Positions 38,592 to 50,367 of a stretch of 64,000 nucleotides of DNA are shown here, piece by piece. The position numbers and the translations under genes were made by a program. Position 1 is the stretch's first letter. Each line of letters starts with the position of its first letter. The stretch lies in NCBI GenBank assembly GCA_951406725.2, contig OX597839.1, forward strand, positions 12,710,001 to 12,774,000. The letters run 5' to 3'. Below the pieces are notes generated by a model. That model saw nothing but the letters and a program-made list of their open reading frames with translations, was not told where the DNA came from and searched no databases. This stretch comes from Octopus vulgaris (Eukaryota).

Positions 38592-38653
38592 TCGTGTCAG
38601 CAGTGAGGGCGACCGTGGAAAACCAACCACGGTCGCCCTCGCTGCTAACACGA
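38592..38653. other. GC-rich 27-bp-stem hairpin (candidate pre-miRNA or structured RNA)
   Basis: Arms at 38592-38618 and 38627-38653, two non-Watson-Crick pairs, 8-nt loop. Confidence 0.6.
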
Positions 38654-39243
38654 GCCCCTTCGCCAAGATGTCCCTTTTCAAATAAGTAATTCTTTCCGCT
38701 ATAGGCACAAAGCCAGGGATTTGGTTGGAGGAGCTCGTCCATTACATCGACCCCAGTGGTCAAATTGATCCTTTATTTGATCGGCTCTGAAAGGTTGAAA
38801 AGTCGACCTCAGCAGAATTTGAACTCAGACGAAATAGTAGTAGTAGTAGTAATAATAATAATAATTCGTTCGTTTATTGGCCACAAGGGCGAACAAAAAA
38901 ATCAATTAATACATAAAGGGACAAAATACAGGACGAAAGTTACAAAGGACTACCCACAAGGGGCTAAACACAGAGGGTACAATCAAGGACAGAGAAACGG
39001 ATTAAGTCGATTACAGGGTAACGGGTACTTAATTTTATCGACCCCGAAAGGATGAAAGGCAAAGTTGGCCTCGGTGGAATTTGAACTCATACGAAATAGT
39101 AGTAGTAATAATAATGTCAGTTTTCTTTATTAACCACTAAGGATTCACAAAAAGAAAAAAAAACACATTGGGAACAGTACAGGTAAACAATAATAATAAT
39201 AATATAATTGATGATGGTGATGAAAAAACGAAGTGGTATTTAC

Positions 39244-39560
39244 CGGAACGGGGTTGCTTGAGCTGAAATGATTGCAGTGTTCGTAAAGTAACTAGGGTTG
39301 AAATTCTCTTCTTCGTGTTGAAGCTGATTACGATGTTATACGAGGAGTGTTCAGAATACGTCTACAGTAAGAGATTACATCGACCTGTATGAACGTTATA
39401 CACGTATATATATAAACACACACGCACGCACACATATGTGTATGTATATATGTTACTGTTAGTGGCGTGTACGTTGCGAAGTAGTGACGTCGTCTGCATA
39501 GAGTTAATTCCCTTAGCAGACACGCCCCATTTCATGTTGGGAAAATTGAGTGCAACTAAC
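39244..39560 (-). promoter_or_regulatory. Putative MVP untranslated first exon and promoter
   Basis: Coding exon 1 has a splice acceptor, so an upstream exon is needed. There is a CG|GTAAAT donor at 39243 in a non-repetitive, CpG-retaining region, with a TGACGTC CRE-like site near 39485. Inference only. Confidence 0.35.
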
Positions 39561-40354
39561 TCACCAAGTTATTATTACATACTTTCGTCGTTTAGCCAAA
39601 CTTCAATCTTGATCCAACATACCTACGTTCAAAGCCTTCCAGTTTGTGTTTTACACACCCACCTTCTTCGTTTTGTAGACATTGTGCGTCTAAAACTTAT
39701 ACTAAATATCTACTGTGTATTATGTAATATACAATAAATTTTCTTTATAATATCTGATTTATATAATGTAGCTCTGGTTTCCAGACGGTTCGCTGCAGTT
39801 GTATGAAGGTGCACCATGGTGTTTTAATATTATTTAAGGCCTTTGAAAATTCGCACTAATACTTAAGTGTATTGTAAAGCGCTATATTTTTTAATATACA
39901 AGTTTCGTTAATAAAGTAAGGTAATCAAAAGTTTCAACTTTTTTTTTCTGATTTAAAACGGTTTTAGCTTTTCTATGCGACGTGCGCCGGCTTTTTTTTT
40001 CTGCATCTGTTACGCCATCATCTTTCTTTTTCTTTTTTTCTTTTTTGCACCTTCTGTGTGCCAGGAAGTGAAAGAAAAGTTGAGAATCTTTGCCAAGTGG
40101 TTATATCTAGTATGTGGCTGTAAGTTATATAAATTGTTTAGAGAACATGTAATATGTAAAACAACATAACTAGCGTATAATGAATAAAAATACTGGTGAA
40201 GGTAAAGAATCCTCACACCAGGTGTTTGGGGTAGGGAAAGGATTACGCCGATAACGGGTGGTGTGCGTATTCTTTACCTCCGCCATAATACTTTCTACTA
40301 TCGGCACAAGGCCTGAAATTTGGGGGAGGGGAATAATCAATTACATCGATTTTT

Positions 40355-40642
40355 GGGTACTACTTAAGAAGAATGGTCCCGGTGCGCGTACTCGGGCATC
40401 CGCGCTAGCTAGTCGTGGCTAGTCGATCCTACAACGACTACCTAGCAAAGTAAATAAAACACAAAATAAATAATTTTTTTTACACCAAGTAAATAATTTT
40501 TTAAAAACAAAGTAAATAAACCATAAAGTAAATAATTTTTGTAAACAAAGTAAATAAAACAAAAACACAAAGTAAGGATCGACTAGTCACGACTAGCTAG
40601 CGCGAGTGCGCGCACCGGGACCACTCCTCTTAAGTAGTACCC
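40355..40642. mobile_element. GC-rich foldback MITE with ~70-bp TIRs, inserted in a Nin-domain SINE
   Basis: GGGTACTACTTAAG...GATCCT pairs with AGGATC...CTTAAGTAGTACCC; spacer of AAAGTAAATAA repeats. Confidence 0.8.
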
Positions 40643-41959
40643 GTTTTCTGTACCCGTAAGGGTGAAAGGCAAAGTCGAAAATCTAATGAAGTAAGGAAGA
40701 AGAGAAGTCTAATGTTTCGCGCGGAACCCTTCGACGGAGAGAAAAGCTGTATTGGTGTCCGAAGGATAAAGTTTGTTGTCTGAATTATTTGTCTATAATA
40801 TTTTATAATATAGATAAACAGGTAGTGCCTTGGAAAATTTCCAGAAAAGTTTCTCAGAGAATGCTGTGTCCAATACCCAATACGAATGGTCACGAAATTT
40901 AATTTGGTGTGAATTTCATACATGATTTTTTTCTAAGATTGCAAAACCCTTACGGACAGTTTCTACCACCCTATTTTAAGGAGTTATTCAATTAAACAAA
41001 GGTTGTTTAAGATAGGGAATTAGTTTATATAATAATATATTATTTTGAAATCGGGGAATGGTATTTATTTTCTAAAATAGATTTTTATTAAATTTTATTA
41101 AAAGACAGTTTATATCACAAAACCCCAGAACTAATTTTTTCACGGAACCTGCTTTGACAAACGCTGTTCTATGCTAATTAAGCAGGAATAAAACCCGTTC
41201 TAAAGTCTTTACCACATAGCAGAAAGCGATTTGATGTGTTACATTGCGATTAAAAATATCATTTTGTGTATATGATCGACTTAGAGATTTGTTGGGTGTT
41301 AGACAAACTTGAGTGAGTGGAACTTCACATGTGATGCGCCCCCATGTTACCTAGCAAGCGTCCGTTCGTGTCTGACATATAGCAGTACACCGTGTACCAG
41401 TTTAGATTACACACAATCAAATGGGAGACGGCTAAGCAGAACTGTAGGGGAAAATAGAGTAGGCTCTGTTCACTCCACTGTCTACAAATTCTTTATACAT
41501 ACAGGTTGTTCTGTAATGACACATTTTTAATTATTTTTTTGTAGTTAAGTCATGTGGAAGAAAAGCATGTTGGACATTAATGAGGAGAGAGGAGAGGAGG
41601 TTCTGCACTAACTCAGCTGGCAACAAATTCTTTGTAGGTCATTCAGTAGTAACACATTTTGTTTTAGTGAAGTCAAGGCGAGTGGAATAGGCAAGAGATG
41701 CGAGAAGTTCCTGAGCCAGACCTTACGCACTAGTGACTATTATTGAATGGGACAGTGTATCTAGATAATATATCGTGTAACTTGTAAATTATGTAATGTA
41801 TCCCGTATATAATATATGTTATGTCTGGTTGTTCTGTATTCGAAGGTGAGCCCTGATCTAGCAGACATACAAAGATATTTTTGTTGTACCCATCTCTTTT
41901 TTTTCTTTTTTTTAGACATAGTGTATTCCATAACTGCATTATATAATGCATTACAACAT

Positions 41960-42360
41960 AGGCGCAGGAGTGGCTGTGTGGTATGTAGCTTGCTTATCAA
42001 CCACATGTTTCCGGGTTCAGTCCCACTGCATGGCACCTTGGGCAAGTGTCTTCTACTATAGCCTTGGGCCGACCAATGCCTTGTGAGTGGATTTGGTAGA
42101 CGGAAACTGAAAGGAGCCCATCGTATATATGTATATATTTATATATGTTTGTGTGTCTGTGTTTGTCCCCCCCCCCCCAACATTGCTTGACAAACGATGC
42201 TGGTATGTTTACGTCCCCGTAACTTAGCAGTTCGGCAAAAGAGGCCTATAGAATAAGTACTAGGCTTGCAAAGAATAAGTCCTGGGGTCGATTTGCTCGA
42301 CTAAAGTCGGTGCTCCAGCATGGCCGCAGTCAAATGACTGAAACAAGTAAAAGAGTAAAA
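41960..42360 (+). mobile_element. Full-length copy of the most abundant tRNA-derived SINE family
   Basis: A-box TGGCTGTGTGG, B-box GGTTCAGTCCC, internal (TA)/(TG) tract, (AAGAGTAA) tail. Other copies at about 3433-3800(-), 4045-4418(+), 5160-5660, 11281-11688(-), 26130-26472(+), 28592-28990(-), 29195-29560(+), 31524-31924(-), 32213-32580(-), 33335-33632(+), 47952-48345(+), 58710-59085(+), 62180-62503(+). Confidence 0.9.
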
Positions 42361-42857
42361 GACAGAGTTCATCAAGACTATATCCTATCTCGTTTTTTTT
42401 TTAGCATCTCCATAGAAAACATCATCCTAGAGACACTACTTGACTTCCATACCTCCACTTCCTTTGGAGAACAGCCCTTTCTTAATTAGTATTTTATTGG
42501 AGACTAGCACTATGACCCGCAACGCTGGGTCATAATGCTAGTGCATGCATATACAGTTGCGTGCTTGCACACATACACACGGATACTGTCCAAATCTCTG
42601 ACCAATCACATACAGCTAGTTGGCATTCAATTGGCGTATCAAGTTTCGGGCATTTTGATTGGGTTTTGGATAGAAAATTTACAAAAAGTCACTTCTATTG
42701 ATTTTTTAATGGCTTTGCGGGGTGACTGGGGAAATGTAAAGATTTGCACGACCACCGTTGGACTGTTTTAAATGACTGTAGAAAGTGCGAGCCCTCTAAC
42801 TGAAAAATTGTGGATTTGTATAAAGGACACGCATGCAAACATTTTGCCATATATATA

Positions 42858-43702
42858 CTAGCAGAATTGCCCGGCGTTGCTCGGGGCTGAATTGCTTGAA
42901 AGTACTGTTAATGATTGCACTGAATTATGATGATTATTCAGGCAAATATTGATATAAGTTTACGGTGGGAGATAAGGACTTAACGATCAAACGTGTGCCA
43001 TTGCATTGTTTTGGGGGAACCAAATTTCTGATGAGCATTATAGGGGCACCAACTTTAAGTTTGAGAAAGTGTGGTGGTAGTCCGGGGTGCTCAAAGGAAT
43101 TGAGTACCTCTATTGGATAGTTGATGACGTCCTCTGGGTCAGGAGTTGTATCGATAGACTGATATACATAGACTTCCCCAGGAATGAGTTTTAGCATTTC
43201 ATCATTAATATGGTGAACAGTTTTATTCCTCGGGGCCAGTATAGCCTTTTTGCCAATCCAATCCATATTCTGATAATTAGCTTGTAGATCTGGGAACACT
43301 GCATCTCTGAGATCAGAAGGCGTCTTAACAATAGTACAAATGGAATCGATGGCAATATTACCATTTTCATCCCCTGGTATTTTGCCTTCGCCAAGTGCAA
43401 GGAGGGTGTGAGGAAATGCTGCTGATGTGATATTACGTCGCATATGAGCATGCATATTGGTGTGAAGTTTGAAAGTTACTTCCCTTTATTTAAAGAAATA
43501 TGCATTAAAATGGAAAAAAATGATGGTAAATTATTTGTAAAATCGTAGACTCATCGTAGACGCGTGCTAATACCCAGAAGGGCTCGATATGAATCACGAC
43601 TATAAGATACCCGGTTTTGGTTAAACGGCATCGCAAAATGTGGGAGTAGTTAGGAATCTAAATCGGAGTAGACAGACACACAACCTTTCTTTTATATATA
43701 AA
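42858..43702 (-). mobile_element. Non-autonomous Helitron carrying a Pif1-like helicase fragment (42934-43455)
   Basis: 3' hairpin CCCG-AGCAACGC-CGGG followed by CTAG. The ORF has RepHel helicase motifs AILAPRN, GLPPHxLxLKVGAPIMLIRNL and CNGTRL. Confidence 0.9.
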
Positions 43703-43705
43703 TAT

Positions 43706-44212
43706 TTTCATCCTAAAAAACTTTGTATGGATTGAATGGTTACCTCTATGGAAATATATACATGCACATTATACATACATGTGTGTATAGATGAATATAT
43801 AAATACATTTAAATATCTATATACACTTTTGGGCGATCTTTCTGTTTCTTAGAGATAACTTTAGATCTTATTTTCGTCCTAAAAAACTTTGTATGGAGTG
43901 AATGGTTACCTCTATGGAAATATATACACACACGTTATACATACATGTGTGCATAGATGAATATATAAATACATTTAAATATCTATATACACTTTTGGGT
44001 GATCTTTCTGCTACTTGGATATACTTTAGATCTTATATTCGTCCTAAATAACTTTACGTCTATGGAAATATATACACACACATTATACATACATCTGTGT
44101 ATAGATGAATATATAAATACATTTAAATATCTATATACACTTTTGGGCGATCTTTCTGCTACTTGGATATACTTTAGATCTTATATTCGTCCTAAAAAAC
44201 TTTGTATGAATT
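43706..44212. repeat. Three tandem ~150-165-bp AT-rich units
   Basis: TCTATGGAAATATATAC recurs near 43745, 43911 and 44059. Confidence 0.85.
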
Positions 44213-45119
44213 GAAAAAGAAAATGAATTGAAATTTTTAAGAAAGGAATTTGTTTACATACATGTGTGAAATGGCAAATGTTTGTGCAGTTGTCCAAAAT
44301 GGAACCAGGGTAAATGTGTGGAACTGATGTATTATAATGAATAGTCCTTCTTGTTGTGAATATTAATTTGATTAATATGAACTGAAAACCAGTGGTGTAG
44401 CATATAAGACCATAGGTGATCTAGCAAAAAGGATGACTGGTCAGCATCAGACTGGAAAGAGTGTCAAGAACATAAGGAATGAAATTCGCTCCAGAAAATA
44501 ATAAGATTCTGATTGACAGCCACAATCACAATACAGTAACAAATGTCATGTTGAATGGAAAAAAAACCCTACTGCTCACTAAGACCTGGCCTGTGATATA
44601 GCTGAGCACCATATAGTTAAGTATTTCTATTAGTTTTCAACAAAGCTCAAACTGAACTAGTCCCTGATGACCTCAGTCTTTTTTTTATGGGTAGAAAAAA
44701 ACTGAACATTCATAGTGGATGCAGAATGAATATATAACTTAGTAGTTCAAGTGCAAGTGCTTCAGAAAGCTGCTCTGCATTTCATACACAAAGCAAAACT
44801 TAATCTGCCTGCTAGTTATCAAAATAGGCTGGCATACAAAAGACAACTTCTTACTTCAGTGAAATGATGAAAGTTCACTTATATGGACATGTGTCCCAAC
44901 ACAATATGATCGTCAAACAATACTGCAGGATACAGTTATAGGACTGTGAAGACAAAGCAGACAAAGAAAGTCCTCATTTTACCCTACCAAAAACAGGATA
45001 CATCTCAACACTACAGCTGTTGTTTTTGTGATGGAGGCTAAAGACTAATGACATTTACTGACAGCCAGAGTATTTAGAATAACATCCCAGTGACTGGCTT
45101 CATCAGTCACATGCATACA

Positions 45120-45165
<46 letters not shown>

Positions 45166-48100
45166 CATTTTTCGTGTTGTGGAGGCACATGGCCTAGTGG
45201 TTAGAGCAGCAGACTCGTGGTTGAGGGATCGTGGGTTCGAATATCAGACCAGGCGATGTGTGTTTATGAGCGAAACACCTAAGCTCCACGCAGCTCCGGC
45301 AGAAGGTAATGGCGAACTTCTGCTGACTCTTTCGCCACAACTTTCTCTCACTCTTTCCTCCTGCATCTTGCAGCTCACCTGCAACGGACTGGCGTCCCAT
45401 CCAGGTGGGGAACCTATACGCCAAGAAACCGGGGAACCAGCCCTTATGAGCCAGGCATGGCTTGAAAAGGAACAAACAACAAAACATTTTTGGTGTACTT
45501 GACTTCTTTTCCATTATCAACTCATATAACTAGAATTGTGTCTCTGTATCTCTATCTATCCAACTTCCTAGTACTTTCATTATGTCTGAATTTTATTGAA
45601 ATGCTGACAGGTCATTTAGTTGGCTGATCTATGATACTTTCACTATATCATCATCATCATCATCATCGTCATTTAACATCCGCTTTCCATTCTAGCATGG
45701 GTTGAACAATTTGACTGAGGACTGGTGAACCAGATCGCTGCACCAGGCTCCAATCTGATTTGGCAGTTTCTACAGCTGGATGCCCTTCTGAGAGTGTAGT
45801 GGGTGCTTTTATGTACCACCGGCATGAGTGCCAGTCAGGCGGTACTGGCAGTGGCCACGCTCAAATGGTGTTTTTTACATGTCACCTGCATAGGAGCCAG
45901 TAAGGTGATGCTGGTAACGACCACGCTCGAATGGTGCTTTTTATGTGCCACCGGTGGAAATGCTAAAAAGTCGTTTAATTAGCTGATATACTGAGTAGAT
46001 GTGGTTCATACATTTAACTGTGTATAAATTGTGTATGCGTCTGTCTTTTACCATTACTTATTCCAGTCATTGGATTGCAGCCAAATTAGGGCACTGCCTT
46101 GCAGGGATTTAGTTGAACAGACCAACCTCAGTACTTATTTATTTTTTGAGCCTGATACTTATTCTATTGGTCTCTTTTACCAAATCACTAAACTATGGGG
46201 ATGTAAACAAACTAACACTGGCTGTCAAATGGTGGAGGGAGACAAACAGAAACACAAGAACACACACACATAAGGCTTCTTTCAGTTTTCTACTCCCGAA
46301 TCCACTCTTGCATCATTTTGTTTCCTTATTTGTCATTTGCATGTGGTCTATAAAGGTTTCCTTATTTGTCATTTGCATGTGGTCTATAAAGGAAACAGAA
46401 CAGGCAAATCATATCTTAGCAACTGATAAAAATTCAAATCTATTTTTACTGATAAAATGAAAGAAGGAAGAGCGATTTTTTTTAGAGGCCGAAAGCCTAG
46501 AGAACTACGGTCATGTTTCTTTTGAGGTTATAACCTAATAACATACATGATTGCCAAGTTGCTATGTAACACCTACTTCATCACTAATAAAATTAATTTT
46601 TTAAAATTCTATTTTGCTGAAGATTAAATTCTAAAAATCATGTTTTAATTATTTGAGGGTGCAAGTGTGGCTGTATAGTTAAGAAGCTTGCTTCCCAACT
46701 TCATAGTTTTGAGTTCGGTTCTACTGCATGACACCTTGGGTAAGTGTCTTCTGCTACAGCCTTGGGCTAACCAAAGCCTTGTGAGTAGATTTAGTAGATG
46801 GAAACTGTCTATCTTATTTCTTATTTCCTTATTGCCCACAAGGTGCTAAAATATAGAGGGGGCAAACAAGGACACACAGGGGATTAAGTTGATTACATTG
46901 ACCCCAGTGCATAACTGGTACTTAATTTATCAACCCCGAAAGGTCAACCTCGGCGGAATTTGAACTCACTACGTAACCGCAGACGAAATACCTATTTCTT
47001 TACTACCCACAAGGGGCTAAACACAGAGAGGACAAACAAGGACAGACTGGCTTCATTCATCCTCAATGCTGCATCTCTCACGAACGCAGATCAGACCTGG
47101 TGATTTGGGGCTAACGACCGTGTGATCTCCAATGATTCCCTATTCCAGCGGCAAATGCTGTAGATATGGGGGCCTAGGTTGGGTTCCAGATCAACCTTGA
47201 CTCTCATCAGCCAGGTTTTTCGTTGTCCACCTCATCGCTTTCGCCAACCCTGCAGTTTTTTCTAGCAGTGTCATATGAAATTGTCACCCATAATTATCAC
47301 CCTAGTATCGATCTATTGCATTTCAATCTGTTTTAGGGTTAGGGTTAGGGGTGGGTAGAAGGGTATCTTTTTTTCTTCACAAATGTAAATAAACCCAATC
47401 TGTTTTCTAAACGAGGGACATATTCATACGGCACAGAATGTTTTCACCTCAAATAGACGTCATTGATAGGTTGAAATTGCAGAAATTGAAGAAAAAAACA
47501 ACAACAGATACCTTACAAACAATAGAATTTTCTCAATAAAGCCAAGAGAAAAAGATGTTTTATAAACACATTCTACCAGTATACAAAGTTTAAAAGTGTT
47601 TAGTTACGTGGAAATTATTTTAAAATACTGCCGTTCAAACCAAAAAGATCCAAAATAAAAATAACTACTGGGGTCGATTCATTCAGCTAAAAATTCGTCA
47701 TGGCGGTTCCCCAGCATGGCTTGAGTCTAAAGACCAAAACAACTAAAAGATAAAAAAAGATAACAGCCAAGTTAGACTTTCTACATATTGATTTAGAAAC
47801 ACAAAAACTAGTGCAGATAATACTCTTACTCTCTTTTACTCGTTTCAGTCATTTGACTGCGGCCATGCTGGAGCACTGCACATTGTATTAAAATATATTT
47901 TTGAAATTTGGTATAAAGAGAAAGGATGCGAACTAAAGATCACCAAGTCGTAGGAGTAGCTGTGCGGTAAGTAGCTTGCTTACGAACCACATGGTTCCGG
48001 GTTCAGTCCCGCTGTGTGGCACCTTGGGTAAGTGTCTTCTACTATAGCCTCGAGCCTTGTGAGTTGATTTGGTAGATGGAAACTAAAAGAAGCCTATCGT

Positions 48101-48389
48101 ATATATGTATATATATATATATATGTATGTGTGTATTTGTGTGTCTGTGTTTGCCCCCCCCCCCCCCCAACATCACTTGATAACCAATGGTGGTGTGCTT
48201 ACGTCCCCATAACTTAGCGGTTCGGCAAAAAAGAGACCGATAGAATAAGTACTAGGCTTACAAAGAATAAGTCCTGGGGTTGATTTGCTTGACTAAAGGC
48301 GGTGCTCCAGCATGGCAACAGTCACATGACTGAAACAAGTAAAAGGGAAAAAGGGAAAGTCCTCCCCCATGTGTAAGGTGCCTGGTGGG

Positions 48390-48456
48390 GAGAGAGGGAA
48401 AGAAAGAGAGAGATAGTGAGAAATAATAAGAATGACAGACAGCTGTTAGTCCCAAC

Positions 48457-48487
<31 letters not shown>

Positions 48488-49060
48488 AAACGAAGAATGA
48501 GAAGAGGCTAGTATCAACTCATAGATTTGAGTCAAAGATGGAAGAAAGATATATGCTGCAAGAGAGAGAGAAGGAGCATGACACAGAGAGGGAGAAAAGC
48601 GGAAGTGAGAAAGAGCGACGAGGGAAAAGAATGGACAACTACTACTTCCAATAGAGAGAGGGGGTGAGAGTGAGAGAGAAAGGGGAAGTGAAAACAGAGC
48701 CTACTATCAATAAATTTAGATTCAAAGATGAAAGGAAGAGAGACATTATAAAAGAGAGAGAGAGAGAGAGAACAGGCTAGAATTGACACTCATAGATTAG
48801 ACTCGAGGATGAAAGGAAGATAAACACTCCAAGAGAAGGGGGAGTGAAATAGGGACGGAAAATTGTTACGACAAAGAGAGTGAGAAAGAGGAAAGGGAAG
48901 GTGGGGGTGGGGGCAATTATCAACACAGTGATTAGAGTTAAAAATAGAAGACAGACATAATAAGAGAGAGAGAGAGAGAGAGAGAGGGAAAGGGAGTGAG
49001 TGAGAGAGAGAGAGGGAATGAGAGAGGGTGAGAAAATGTGTGAGAGAGGGAGGGAGATTA
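48390..49060. repeat. Purine-rich (GA)n low-complexity tract
   Basis: Read directly. Confidence 0.8.
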
Positions 49061-49581
49061 AACTGGAAATTTGGAGAGGTACCAAACAAACTAGTGATAT
49101 TCAAAAAGAACTGTGTCAGAAGCATGGCACTATTGAAGGAAAATGGTTAATAGGTCTGGTCTGCAGGATTGATTGCAAAAATTATTTGATTCTGTAACTG
49201 ACTGCTGAATAACGAGAGGCATTAAGCGTCAATAAAATGGCAAAACTATAACCGAACTGATTGCGTTTTAGACCACCATTCATAACTTTTTAGATATACT
49301 ACACGGGTCTGATTCAACAATGGGTGGTTAGTCATAGCTGAAATGATTTTCGTCATAGGTCAATTCTGTTGAGGCTGAATTTTGCTGAAAATATCTATTT
49401 TTGAAAATAATATATTGTTTAAATATCAACAGAAGCAAGCGTATGGTTGTGCAGTAAGCAGTTTGCACTTCTGTTGGCAAGCATATTCTACTGGGTCTAC
49501 TAAAGCTTTGTGAGAGCATTTGGTAGATGGATACTGAAAGAAGCCTGTTGTACATATACATACATATATACATACATATAC

Positions 49582-49625
<44 letters not shown>

Positions 49626-50367
49626 GTGTGTGTGTATATATATATATATATATAGGTTGGTCCTAGGAAATTTGTTGAGAATTTGTCGGCATCCAGCAAC
49701 AGTCTGGCATAGCATGGTAAATTCCATTGTCTCGACCACGGTTGAACAATGATGATGATGATGTATATATATATCTATGTATATATATATATATATATAT
49801 ATATAATTTGTGTGTGTGTGTGTATATATATGTATATATGTGTGTGTATATATATATATATATATGGGTATGTGTGATTGTGTATAGAAGAATATATTAA
49901 TAAAAGGAATTCCAACCTTGTCTGATTTTCACGTTTTATTTACAATCTTATAATGATATATTATAAGATTATATATTATAATAGAATAAAATAAAATAGT
50001 AGAATGTTAAATGTTCATTCTGATTGAACTTGTACTTTCATGCATTAAATTCTGCAATCTTCAGGTTCATGTAGTAGTGGTGACAGTCATGCTTCACAAT
50101 TTTTTACTGTAATTTCTTTATTATGATTATATAATCGTTACATAGAAGGACAAATACAGAACATACATGTAAAAAACAGTTAAGAGGTTCGATTAAAAAT
50201 TTTTCGTAACATTTGGATTATTCATTATAAAAATTCGTCTGTAAATTGTCCTTTACATGACCAATAGAATATTGTAACATTTACATAGACTTTCGATCTT
50301 ACCGAAGTTATAAACCCCGGCAATTTATAAGGCCCCGCAGCTTTTGTTTCCTCTCCTCCCTCCATAG

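Noticed and set aside
38531-38674. Vault RNA gene beside MVP (minus-strand A-box-like TGGCGAAGGGG at +10, terminal TTTT, 144 nt)
   Set aside because: The B-box-like CCTCGATCCC lacks the conserved GTT, and a T4 run in the hairpin loop would stop Pol III early. Kept only as a hairpin finding.
42934-43455. Cellular PIF1 helicase gene
   Set aside because: An intronless partial domain bounded by Helitron termini.
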